NCBI GenBank assembly: GCA_964398625.1
Contig: CAYNNV010000001.1
Location: 1-62,093 of the forward strand
DNA from: an uncultured Sangeribacter sp.
GTDB taxonomy: Bacteria; Bacteroidota; Bacteroidia; Bacteroidales; Muribaculaceae
Length of the DNA: 62,093 nucleotides
Reading direction: 5' to 3'
In this document: positions 48,351 through 57,399 of the stretch, piece by piece
Layout: each line of letters starts with the position of its first letter
Position numbering within the stretch: the stretch's first letter is position 1
Translations under genes and position numbers: made by a program
Notes under the pieces: generated by a model
What the model was told of the DNA's origin: nothing
What the model saw: only the letters and a program-made list of their open reading frames with translations
Database searches by the model: none

Positions 48351-48791
48351 TTAGATAATTATCGGGCGTTGTGACGCGGGAAGCGCAGCAGCGTATGCCT
48401 CAAATTCCTCATAGTCACGTATATAATCCTCCTCCTCGTAGTCGCGCGAAGCAAGCGCAAGAAGTACCGTGCCCGTAGTGAAATTCTCCATTGTCACCCA
48501 TACTCCGGCCGGAATCAACACCCCGCGGTTAGAGCGGTTGAGAGTGATAGTGCGCTCCGCAGTGCCGTCGGTAAGTCGTAGGTCAAACGAGCCCGTCAGA
48601 GCAATAACTACCTCTACACACTCCTTATGGGCATGACCTCCGCGTGTTTCGCCACCCGGCACGTCATATATATAGAACACCCTGCGCGTGGAAAATGGCA
48701 CGTGCCGGCCGCTCTCTATAAAGGATAAATTCCCGCGCGGGTCGCATATCTTCGGAAATTCAATTGTTTCTACTCTCTGGAGTCTGTTCAT
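48351..48791 (-). CDS. dTDP-4-keto-6-deoxyglucose 3,4-ketoisomerase (FdtA/QdtA cupin)
   Basis: DPRGNL, RVFYIYDVP...RGGHAH, DYIRDYEEF. Confidence 0.9.
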   Translation of the reverse strand: MNRLQRVETIEFPKICDPRGNLSFIESGRHVPFSTRRVFYIYDVPGGETRGGHAHKECVEVVIALTGSFDLRLTDGTAERTITLNRSNRGVLIPAGVWVTMENFTTGTVLLALASRDYEEEDYIRDYEEFEAYAAALPASQRPIII

Positions 48792-48831
48792 CTGCTGAAA
48801 TAGGTAAAAATATTAAGTGCTTTATTTTAGA

Positions 48832-48882
48832 CGCTTAAGAGCGTGTACCGGAATCATCGATTCCGATACACTCCCTTAAGTG
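48832..48882 (-). terminator. Long imperfect hairpin downstream of hpf
   Basis: CGCTTAAG..GTGTA.CGGAATC-ATC-GATTCCG.TACAC..CTTAAGTG. Confidence 0.55.
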
Positions 48883-48898
48883 ATTGGCGTAAGAGAGA

Positions 48899-49192
48899 TT
48901 ACTTTCTCTCTTTGATTTTCTCAAGCGGGCGCTCAAGAGCGTCAAGGCAGAGGTCAATGGCCTCTTCAAAAGTATCGGCTGTCTTTGAAGCGAATACTTC
49001 GTCACGCTGAGGCAAAGCAATTTTTATGCCCGCTTCTTTATTCATTGCTGTCTCGGGCTTTACGAGAGTCAGTGTTACTTCTACGCTCTGAATTGCCTCA
49101 TAGCGGCGTGCGAGCTTATCAAGTTTCTTGTTGACGAATCCTACCAGTTTGTCGGTAATGTCGAAGTGGATGGCTTTGATCTGAACTTCCAT
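48899..49192 (-). CDS. raiA: Ribosome hibernation promoting factor (RaiA/HPF)
   Basis: MEVQIKAIHFD, KKLDKL, FASK..DTFEEAID. Confidence 0.9.
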   Translation of the reverse strand: MEVQIKAIHFDITDKLVGFVNKKLDKLARRYEAIQSVEVTLTLVKPETAMNKEAGIKIALPQRDEVFASKTADTFEEAIDLCLDALERPLEKIKERK

Positions 49193-49193
49193 A

Positions 49194-50117
49194 TTAATCC
49201 TTCTTTTTTATTGCTCGGGGATGAGCGAGTTGATAACTGTCCCTTATCTCAGCAGTTGAGACGTGGGTGTAAATTTGAGTTGTGGAGAGAGAAGCGTGAC
49301 CGAGAAAATCTTTCACGGTATTCAGGTCGGCGCCATTATTAAGCATCGCTGTAGCAAATGAGTGTCGAAGCACATGCGGGCTGCGGTGATGACAAGTGGC
49401 AGAACCGAGTCTTTCTTTTACAATGCGATAAAGCGCCATTTTGTTCATTGGCTTATGCCCAATTCTGAAGAGAGTCTTGGCTGTTGTGCTTTGAGGAGGA
49501 AATTCTTTGTCGCGAAGGGCGCGGTAAATATCAATTTTTCGCGCCAAAGTGCCGACAATTGGAATAATCCGTTCCTTGCGGCGTTTTCCTATTACCTTGA
49601 TTTTTAGGCCGATAGTGTCAGCGTCGCAATCTTTGAGGCTCAAAAGCTCAGCTTGGCGTAACCCGCTGGCATACAGCAATTCAACTATTAGCGCATCTCT
49701 AAAATTCCGAAGTTTGGCGTCATCAGTAGCCCCATTATCCAGCTCCAAAATTGTATTATCCATAGTCACAATTTCTTCCATTTGTTGTTCGCGTACAAAG
49801 TTTGGAAGAGGTTTTGGAATCTTTGGAGTAATTACCTCAGCAGCAGGATTATAGTCGCGTATTCCTGTTTTCATCAGATATCGGAAATAGGCGCGAAGAC
49901 TGCTTAATTTGTGACGCAGCGTCACAGGTGTTTTTCCTGCGTCTGCTTCCTCAGCAAGAAAACGCCTTATATCAGCTGATGAAGCATTATCAAGATTCGG
50001 ACGCGGCGGTTTAAGCCAAGCAGCGAATTCTCTCACGTCGTGTTCATAGGAACGAATCGTGAGTTCAGAGCGTCCGAGCTCATATTCAAGATAATTCAGG
50101 AAAGCATCAATCCTCAT
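49194..50117 (-). CDS. xerC: XerC-type tyrosine recombinase
   Basis: LYASGLR..EL, GKRRKER, SPHVLRHSFAT.ML, LGHASLSTTQIY; rpsU-xerC-hpf context. Confidence 0.88.
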   Translation of the reverse strand: MRIDAFLNYLEYELGRSELTIRSYEHDVREFAAWLKPPRPNLDNASSADIRRFLAEEADAGKTPVTLRHKLSSLRAYFRYLMKTGIRDYNPAAEVITPKIPKPLPNFVREQQMEEIVTMDNTILELDNGATDDAKLRNFRDALIVELLYASGLRQAELLSLKDCDADTIGLKIKVIGKRRKERIIPIVGTLARKIDIYRALRDKEFPPQSTTAKTLFRIGHKPMNKMALYRIVKERLGSATCHHRSPHVLRHSFATAMLNNGADLNTVKDFLGHASLSTTQIYTHVSTAEIRDSYQLAHPRAIKKKD

Positions 50118-50286
50118 GGTAATAACATAAGTGCTTATCAACTCCGCCCACGAAGATAGTAAAAAACTCTTGATTATACAAATTTATTGAAAATGATGAC
50201 GTAAAGATCGTAGGCTACCGGTTCTTTTGATCTTCTATGCGCTTCTTGTGTATAATGCTGAGGGTCAAGGTGTATCATATAAAATA

Positions 50287-50328
50287 GGAAAGGCTGTATC
50301 GTAAATGACTTTACGATATAGCCTTTCC
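50287..50328. terminator. AGGCTG-family palindrome/terminator downstream of rpsU
   Basis: GGAAAGGCTGTATCGTAAA-TGAC-TTTACGATATAGCCTTTCC. Confidence 0.8.
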
Positions 50329-50381
50329 GGTATTTTTGAGCGGAGGAGTTGTGGCCTCCGGTGCAAATAAAGGGCGGGAAT

Positions 50382-50573
50382 TTATTCCTCGGTCTGACGC
50401 AATTTCTGAACGTATACAGCCTTCATCATTTTTTTGCGATTCACTACAGAGGGTTTTGTGAATGCCTGACGGCTGCGAAGCTCTTTTACTATACCGGTTC
50501 TCTCAAATTTGCGTTTGAATTTCTTCAAAGCTCTTTCAATGTTCTCGCCTTCTTTTACTTGTACAATAATCAT
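50382..50573 (-). CDS. rpsU: 30S ribosomal protein S21
   Basis: MIIVQVKEGENIERALKKFKRKFERTG..KELR.R..F.KPS. Confidence 0.97.
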   Translation of the reverse strand: MIIVQVKEGENIERALKKFKRKFERTGIVKELRSRQAFTKPSVVNRKKMMKAVYVQKLRQTEE

Positions 50574-50772
50574 TTTCTTAGTTATGTTTAATTTATTTGT
50601 TGCGTAATAGGTTTATGACCTCGCCGAAGAGCGCGGTCGTATTTTGCGGTGCAAAATTATGTAATCTTATTTTAATGACAAAATTTTTTACTCAAAAAAC
50701 TGATTTTCCTGAATTTTGCATCCTCCTTTCTCCAATTTTACGCGTTTTTCAACTATAAGCAGTTAAGTAGAT

Positions 50773-51309
50773 TTATTTGCAAGTGTCAGTGTGCGGTTCG
50801 TCATACCATTTGGAGTACATGAGATAGTTGCGAGCTATCTTTTTGTTCATCTCCTTGGCTTTCTCGGGTTCAACCATTTTGACGAATTTGGCAGGTGCGC
50901 CTGCCCACATCTCGTGCGGACCAATTTTGGTGCGGCTCAGTACCACAGATCCGGCAGCCACAAGTGCGCCTTCTCCAACTTCTGCATCGTCCATGATGAT
51001 TGATCCCATGCCGAGTAAGGCGAGATTGTGGATTTTAGCGCCGTGAATCACTACGTTGTGGCCGATAGATACGTCATCGCCAATTTCGATGGTTGATTTT
51101 TCGTAGAGAGTATGAAGTACAGAACCATCTTGGATATTGACGCGATTGCCTATTCTAATGGAGTTTACATCGCCGCGAAGTACGGCGCTGAACCAGACGC
51201 TGCAGTCATCGCCCATTTCTACGTCGCCTACAATGACGGCATTTTCGGCGATGAAACAATTTTTGCCGATTTTCGGCATGAAGCCTCTTACGGGGCGTAT
51301 AATTGCCAT
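50773..51309 (-). CDS. Gamma carbonic anhydrase family protein
   Basis: LRGDVNSIRIG..NIQDG.VLH, IGHNVVIHG; hexapeptide repeats. Confidence 0.92.
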   Translation of the reverse strand: MAIIRPVRGFMPKIGKNCFIAENAVIVGDVEMGDDCSVWFSAVLRGDVNSIRIGNRVNIQDGSVLHTLYEKSTIEIGDDVSIGHNVVIHGAKIHNLALLGMGSIIMDDAEVGEGALVAAGSVVLSRTKIGPHEMWAGAPAKFVKMVEPEKAKEMNKKIARNYLMYSKWYDEPHTDTCK

Positions 51310-51328
51310 AACTATTGTTTAAATTCTA

Positions 51329-53122
51329 TTAACGGGTGAGTGGAGAAGTGCGCTCTTTGAGCCATGCAGCTTCTTCTTCATTTAGATAAGGAGTGAGTCG
51401 GTTGCGCACTTCTGTGTGATAGTCGTTGAGCCACTTTATTTCCTCGTCGGTCATGATTTCCGGCTCAAATAGCTTGAGGTCAAACGGGAAGAGGGTGAGA
51501 GCCTCAAATTTATAGAATTTGCCGAAATTTGTGGTCATTGCTTCTGTGGTGACTACAAGATTTTCGCATCGGATACCATATTTTCCTTCAAGGTAGATTC
51601 CCGGTTCGTTGCTTGTAATCATTCCCGGTTCGAGGGTTGCGGGATTTTCATTAAGGCGAATGTTTTGCGGTCCTTCGTGGCAATTTATGAAGAATCCTAC
51701 ACCGTGGCCTGTGCCGTGATAGTATGCTTTTCCTTCATTCCAGAGGAATTGGCGTGCGAGCACGTCGAGTTGAGCACCGCGAGTTCCTTCCGGATAAATG
51801 GCTTTTGCGAGGGCTATATGTCCTTTCATCACAAGGGTGAAGTCATGACGTTCTTCATCAGTTGGTGTGCCTAAAGCGACAGTGCGGGTTATATCGGTTG
51901 TGCCCTGAGTATATTGTCCGCCTGAATCTACGAGCAGGAGACCATTGCCTTCAATTACGGCATCAGTCTCTTCGGTAGCTGAGTAATGCACGATTGCTCC
52001 ATGGCCTTTCCATCCGATTATGGAGTTAAAACTTTCGTCAACGCATCCGGGGTCGGCTAAGCGCAGGGCTCGGAGGCGGCGAGTGAGTTCAAGCTCGGTA
52101 AGTTTGCCGGAGGGATGATCTTTCTCCACCATCATGAAGAATTTCACGAGAGCTACGCCGTCTTTTTCCATCGCGAGAGCTACATTAGAGAGCTGGGTGG
52201 AATTTTTGATACTTTTGAGTCTGGCTACTCCATCGCCTCCGAATACGGGAGTGCATCCGATGGCGTCATAAAGTCCGCGACAGGTCTTTACCGGATCAAT
52301 TAGCAGACGCGTCTCCTTAGGCAGATTTGCAACAAACTCAAGCACGGAGTCGTAGGGCATGGTCTCAATATTGTATTTTTTGAGATGTTGCTCCACTTCC
52401 GGAGTGATTTTGTCGGAATCAATAAATAGGACACGGCGGTTTTCGTCAATAAAGAGGAAGCTGACGTACATGGGAGAGAAGGCTATGTCGTTGGCAGCGC
52501 GGAGATTAGTAGCCCATGCTATGTCGTCGAGAGCGGAGAGCATCACGGCGTTGGCAAGTTCAGCCTTCACCTCCTGCATGATGCGCTGCATACGTGAGTC
52601 TACGGTTTCGCCAACGATTTTTTCATCGTGGATGAAAAGCTTATTTGTGGGTCTTTCCGGGCGATCTTCGTAGATGAAGTCAAAGAGGGGGAAGTCAACG
52701 TTGAGCTTGATATTGTTGTCATTAAGAGCCTGCTCAAGTCGCTGAGCAGCAGCTACAGAGAATGTCATGCCGTCGATTCCCACGGTCTGTCCGTCGCTGA
52801 GATGCTCAAGAATCCAGTCAATCATATCCACAGCTTCGGGTCCGTCTTCCTTCATCATTTCGAATCCGGTGCCTTCGAGCTGGTTGGAAGCTTGCAGGAA
52901 ATATCGGGAATCGGTCCAGCAATAAGCTTTGTCAGCGAGGATAAGAGCTGTGCCGTTGGAACCGGTGAATCCTGTGATCCACTTGCGTCCCTGCCAGTGA
53001 GCCGGAGGTATTTCGCTCTGGTGGGGGTCAGTGCCTGTAACGATAACAGCGTCAATGCCCTTCTCATTCATAATCCGGCGAAGGGCAGCCAGATATTCCA
53101 TATTCTTTTTCATTTCGGTCAT
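51329..53122 (-). CDS. Aminopeptidase P (M24) family
   Basis: DPHQSE, GFTGSNG, WTDSRY, DSGGQY..GTTDITRT, HGTGHGVG, HEGP, NEPG.Y, GIRCEN. Confidence 0.93.
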   Translation of the reverse strand: MTEMKKNMEYLAALRRIMNEKGIDAVIVTGTDPHQSEIPPAHWQGRKWITGFTGSNGTALILADKAYCWTDSRYFLQASNQLEGTGFEMMKEDGPEAVDMIDWILEHLSDGQTVGIDGMTFSVAAAQRLEQALNDNNIKLNVDFPLFDFIYEDRPERPTNKLFIHDEKIVGETVDSRMQRIMQEVKAELANAVMLSALDDIAWATNLRAANDIAFSPMYVSFLFIDENRRVLFIDSDKITPEVEQHLKKYNIETMPYDSVLEFVANLPKETRLLIDPVKTCRGLYDAIGCTPVFGGDGVARLKSIKNSTQLSNVALAMEKDGVALVKFFMMVEKDHPSGKLTELELTRRLRALRLADPGCVDESFNSIIGWKGHGAIVHYSATEETDAVIEGNGLLLVDSGGQYTQGTTDITRTVALGTPTDEERHDFTLVMKGHIALAKAIYPEGTRGAQLDVLARQFLWNEGKAYYHGTGHGVGFFINCHEGPQNIRLNENPATLEPGMITSNEPGIYLEGKYGIRCENLVVTTEAMTTNFGKFYKFEALTLFPFDLKLFEPEIMTDEEIKWLNDYHTEVRNRLTPYLNEEEAAWLKERTSPLTR

Positions 53123-53334
53123 TATATGAGTGCCCAAAATTAGCAAAAATTGGCGTTATGGCAAAATTTCTCCTAAAATTGGAGATAAAACTTAGGGGAA
53201 CAGGCGGGAAAAGGTATTTATTTTTTTGCAAAATTGTGTGTAAATGAGGGTGAAAGAGAGGGAAATTTTGGGCTTTAACATAAATTAACTATGAAGATAT
53301 TACTCCGGATTGAAAAAATTGAGTAAATTTGCGT

Positions 53335-53528
53335 GATGTTTTAGTACAGCATGTATTTGCTGGTCTCATAGAAATGGTAATATAAAATAACATTACGCCA
53401 AAATTTCAATAGTGAAAATTTGTAAGTTAGTGGTTGAGTAAGGCGAGGTGAACTTGTGAAGGCCAGCTTAGTCCAAAAAATCACAAGAGTCAGGTGTGAC
53501 TGAGAAGTTGTGCCTGTCTTTGTTTTTT
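53335..53528 (+). ncRNA. Candidate small RNA of about 190 nt
   Basis: TAAATTTG at 53324-53331, no long ORF, and a terminal GAGA-capped hairpin (53491-53516) followed by a T tract. Confidence 0.5.
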
Positions 53529-53681
53529 ATAGTACCGTTAGTGATGCGACTTATAGCTTAAGGAGCGATTATAAGGAGCTCTTCGGGCAAGCAATCGGTT
53601 GTAAAAATAGATTTTTGCGTATTCGGTGGTTGGTATTTCGGGGAATTAGTACTATTTTTGCGCTTATTTCATAATACGCAA

Positions 53682-54881
53682 ATGATGAATATCCTTCTCT
53701 TTGATTCAGAATATCGTCACCTCAATCTCCTTCCGCTTTCGTATACACGCCCGATATGCGAATTTCGCGTGGGCATACTCACTATAATTGAGAAGTGGCG
53801 CAGGCGACTTCCGCAGATTCCAGTTTCGGCTTTGGCAGTGGAATATCTGAGAGTAAAATATCCTCCTGTGATTGAGGAAGATAATATTTTTATAGCGGGT
53901 TGTGTGCTTCCTGATGACCAATTGCTCAGCAAAGTGATGAGTCTTGGAGAGGGGGAAGGATTCAGTGCCGAGGGGCGTCTTTTGGCGTTTCGCGGCAGTC
54001 TCGCGCAATTTGAGACGATTGATCCTTCTACGCTTCCGGAGGCGGATTGTGAGATCAGGAGGATAGAATATGTGTTTGATATATTTCTGCGCAATGGTGA
54101 AGAGCTTACTTCCGACTTCCGCCTTCTGACCTCAGGACGCCGCTCGCTCCCTATACCCGAAGGTACGCATATTTACGGTCCTGCTGTCCTTGAAGACGGC
54201 CTTCCGGCAGTCTTCATCGAGGAGGGCGCTGAAGTGACCGGAGCATCCTTCAATACCTCAGGCGGTCCTATATACATAGGTGTTAATGCCGAGGTGATGG
54301 AGGGAAGCTGTCTGCGCGGTCCGATAGCCGTATGTGAAAATGCCAAGGTGAATATGCTCACTAAGATCTACTGTGCCACTACTATCGGGCCATGGTGCAA
54401 AGTGGGCGGGGAGCTCAACAATGCCGTAATGTTCGGCTTCTCCAACAAGGCTCACGAAGGATTTCTCGGTAATGCTGTAGTAGGGGAGTGGTGTAATATC
54501 GGTGCGGGCACCAATGCTTCCAATATCAAGAATGATTACAGCAAGATTAGAATCTGGAATTATGCCACGCGTACATTCATGCGCACAGATCTTCAATTTT
54601 GCGGTCTGATTATGGGGGATTATTCCAAGGCGGGAATCAACTGTATGTTTAATACTGCCACGGTAGTGGGTGTGGGTGTCAATCTTCACGGAGCCGGTTT
54701 CCCCCGTACGTTTATTCCGTCGTTTACTCATGGCTCTCCGGCCACCGGATTTAAAGAAATACCTCTCAAAACTCACATTGAAATCGCGGATAGGATGATG
54801 ATGCGTCGTGGTCGCAGAGTCACAGAGGGTGACTTGCGAATACTTGAATATGCGCGAGCAATAGCATCAGAACTCCGCTGA
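53682..54881 (+). CDS. GlmU-like putative sugar nucleotidyltransferase/acetyltransferase
   Basis: LLPLSYTRP...RVGILTI.EKW; left-handed beta-helix C-half, SNKAHEGFLG, GEWCNIGA.TN.SN.KN.Y. Confidence 0.85.
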   Translation: MMNILLFDSEYRHLNLLPLSYTRPICEFRVGILTIIEKWRRRLPQIPVSALAVEYLRVKYPPVIEEDNIFIAGCVLPDDQLLSKVMSLGEGEGFSAEGRLLAFRGSLAQFETIDPSTLPEADCEIRRIEYVFDIFLRNGEELTSDFRLLTSGRRSLPIPEGTHIYGPAVLEDGLPAVFIEEGAEVTGASFNTSGGPIYIGVNAEVMEGSCLRGPIAVCENAKVNMLTKIYCATTIGPWCKVGGELNNAVMFGFSNKAHEGFLGNAVVGEWCNIGAGTNASNIKNDYSKIRIWNYATRTFMRTDLQFCGLIMGDYSKAGINCMFNTATVVGVGVNLHGAGFPRTFIPSFTHGSPATGFKEIPLKTHIEIADRMMMRRGRRVTEGDLRILEYARAIASELR

Positions 54882-54912
54882 TTGTATTAAAAATATTAAA
54901 GAACTTATACAG

Positions 54913-56955
54913 ATGATATATCACACTATCAGAAAACTCACAGTACTTGCGGCAGTCATAATTTCCTCAGTCTTAATGGCCTCGGCTTCACCGGTCTCAC
55001 CTCAGCGAGCCTTGAGTCGTGCCATTTCCGGAAAGGGGCTTCGGACCGGCACAGCTACCGACTACAGGCTTGCTCACACCGAGATGACAGCTTCAACTCC
55101 GGCAGTATATATATTTTCACGCGGCGATAACGGCTTTATAGTGGTGCCGGCAGACGATTCATTTCCCGCCGTGCTGGGATACTGCGATTCCGGCACATTT
55201 GATTATGCCACGGCACCTCCGCAATTCAAGCGATGGATTGAATCATACGCAGCCGCTTCGGAATATTATCTTGCCAATCCCGATAAGATTGTTAAGAGCC
55301 TGAATCCTGCACCGCGCAAAGAGGTGCTCCCGCTGGTCGCATCGCAGTGGAACCAGGACTATCCTTATAATCTTGACTGTCCGCTTTTGAAGGGACACAG
55401 CACTTATTCGGGATGTGTGGCTACTGCTATGGCTCAGGTTGTCAATTACCATAAATATCCGCAAAAAGGTAGAAGTCTCTTTACTTATACCTGGAATGAC
55501 CAAACGCTCAGCTATGCATTTGGCCGAAAAACCTTTGATTTCGCCAATATGCTTGACAGCTACCTTGATCAATATTCAGATGAGCAGGCTGATGCCGTAG
55601 CTAACCTTATCTATGCCTGCGCCGTGGCAGTAGCTATGGACTTTGGTATAACTGAGAGCGGCGCGCCCGACTGCCGCGTGGCTTCCTCGCTCCGGTCATA
55701 CTTCTGCTATGACGGCACCACGCGCTACATGATGCGCAATTACTTCTCGCGCTACGAATGGGAAGCAATGGTATATGAAGAGTTGGCAGCCGGTCGCCCT
55801 ATGGTATACGGAGGCTATACGGCTTATGGAGGCCATGAGTTTGTATGCGACGGATATCGCGACGGCTACTTCCATATCAACTGGGGATGGGGCGGTTCAT
55901 GCGACGGTTATTATCTCCTTGATGCACTGGAGCCCGGCTCGCAGGGTATCGGAGGATATGAAGGTGGCTATAACTTAAATCAAAGTATGATTTGCGGAAT
56001 CCGCCCCGATCAAGGGAGTCCTATTGACTGGTATCCGTTGTATGCAACCGGCGACTTCAATATATCTGTGCCAACGGGAGCATCAAATCTTTCAATCCGT
56101 TTTCCCGATACTACAGGACTGTATAATTACTCAAACGATGAGCTAAGAGTGAACTGCTACCTGAAGGTAGTCCCTGAAGATCCTGACGATAAATCAATAT
56201 ATTACTCACCCGAGCCTACACGGCTCATCTTCATGCCCGTAATGGGTCTTGAGCTCAACGGATATCAACGGCTTGACGTGAAATTTCCACGAAATATACC
56301 GGAAGGGCGCTATAAAGCATATATAGGCTTCATTACCCCTGAAAACCGTTGGCTCAATCTGAATGTGCCCTTTCCTTCAGCTCCCTACGTATATGCTTAC
56401 GTAGATGCTGAGGGGAATGTGACTTACTCTAAGGGCGATCTTCTTACGGCCACCGATCCGGATGATATTTCTCTGCTGGTGACTGATATATCGGGTTCGA
56501 ACGATGTGGCATTAGGAGAGAATGCTCCGTATCAGATTACCATATCAAATGAAAGCCCTGAAGATTATAACGGCAGAATATACTTTGCCCTAACCGCTGC
56601 GAATACGGATGGTATGGCAGAAAAAGACCTATGGCGCAAAGATGTGATAGTCAATGTGCCGGCAGGTCGCGAGATAATTGAGACTGTTTACTTTGATTTC
56701 CGCTTGCCTGTGGGAGAATATATCCTCTCGTGCTACGATATTTCAGGGAACCGCATCGGCAATGACTTTCCTCTCAAAATCACCGAGCAGGGGAAAGTGA
56801 CGGCAATCACAGCGGGGGAAGATGATTTGGCTGAGGTCTATACCATTGACGGCCGGATGCTTCGCAGTGGAGCCGACAGTGCCTATATAGCCTCCCTGCC
56901 CCGCGGCATCTATCTGATCCGCACTTCCCGCGGTACAAAAAAACTATGCAAATAA
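54913..56955 (+). CDS. C10 (streptopain-like) cysteine peptidase with prodomain and T9SS-like tail
   Basis: WNQDYPYN, GCVATAMAQ, GGHEFVCDGY, FHINWGWGG; tail VYTIDGR...LPRGIYLIR...TKK. Confidence 0.92.
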   Translation: MIYHTIRKLTVLAAVIISSVLMASASPVSPQRALSRAISGKGLRTGTATDYRLAHTEMTASTPAVYIFSRGDNGFIVVPADDSFPAVLGYCDSGTFDYATAPPQFKRWIESYAAASEYYLANPDKIVKSLNPAPRKEVLPLVASQWNQDYPYNLDCPLLKGHSTYSGCVATAMAQVVNYHKYPQKGRSLFTYTWNDQTLSYAFGRKTFDFANMLDSYLDQYSDEQADAVANLIYACAVAVAMDFGITESGAPDCRVASSLRSYFCYDGTTRYMMRNYFSRYEWEAMVYEELAAGRPMVYGGYTAYGGHEFVCDGYRDGYFHINWGWGGSCDGYYLLDALEPGSQGIGGYEGGYNLNQSMICGIRPDQGSPIDWYPLYATGDFNISVPTGASNLSIRFPDTTGLYNYSNDELRVNCYLKVVPEDPDDKSIYYSPEPTRLIFMPVMGLELNGYQRLDVKFPRNIPEGRYKAYIGFITPENRWLNLNVPFPSAPYVYAYVDAEGNVTYSKGDLLTATDPDDISLLVTDISGSNDVALGENAPYQITISNESPEDYNGRIYFALTAANTDGMAEKDLWRKDVIVNVPAGREIIETVYFDFRLPVGEYILSCYDISGNRIGNDFPLKITEQGKVTAITAGEDDLAEVYTIDGRMLRSGADSAYIASLPRGIYLIRTSRGTKKLCK

Positions 56956-57399
56956 AGCATAGAATAGGTATCGGCGCGAGACGCGCAGGCAGGATAGTTT
57001 AAAAATCAGTAAATAGATTAAAATTGGTCGATAAATATAGCGGGTGTGTCAAACTATTGACGCACAGTAGGTTATTGTGCAAAGATAATAAGGGGGGGTA
57101 AATATAAAGTTAAAATATATTTTTAAATATTAAATAAAGTTGACATTTATTATTTTAATTAATTTGTTTATAAATTTTTGTTATCTTTACGGCGAATTGA
57201 AAGTTTTATTAGTGTGAAAAAGAGGCAAAAGCTATATGCAAAACAGATTTAATACCCTCATCATTTAGAACTGTTTGTAAACAAAAGGCTTTTGAATCCG
57301 TACATGCAAGATAATTTCCCTCCTAAGAATAAGATAATATTAGTAAACGATTGAATATTAAATAGCAATCTTCGTCAAACCCATTAAAAATCAATACCC

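Noticed and set aside
49194-50117. Tyrosine recombinase as a mobile-element integrase
   Set aside because: Xer-type motifs in the housekeeping rpsU-xerC-hpf context; no att sites or cargo.
50574-50600. Autoregulatory Shine-Dalgarno upstream of rpsU, as in Flavobacteria
   Set aside because: The leader is A-rich (AAACATAACTAAGAAA-ATG) with no SD.
57200-57360. Short ORFs (MQNRFNTLII, MQDNFPPKNKIILVND) as PCAT precursor peptides
   Set aside because: Too short, with no double-glycine leader.
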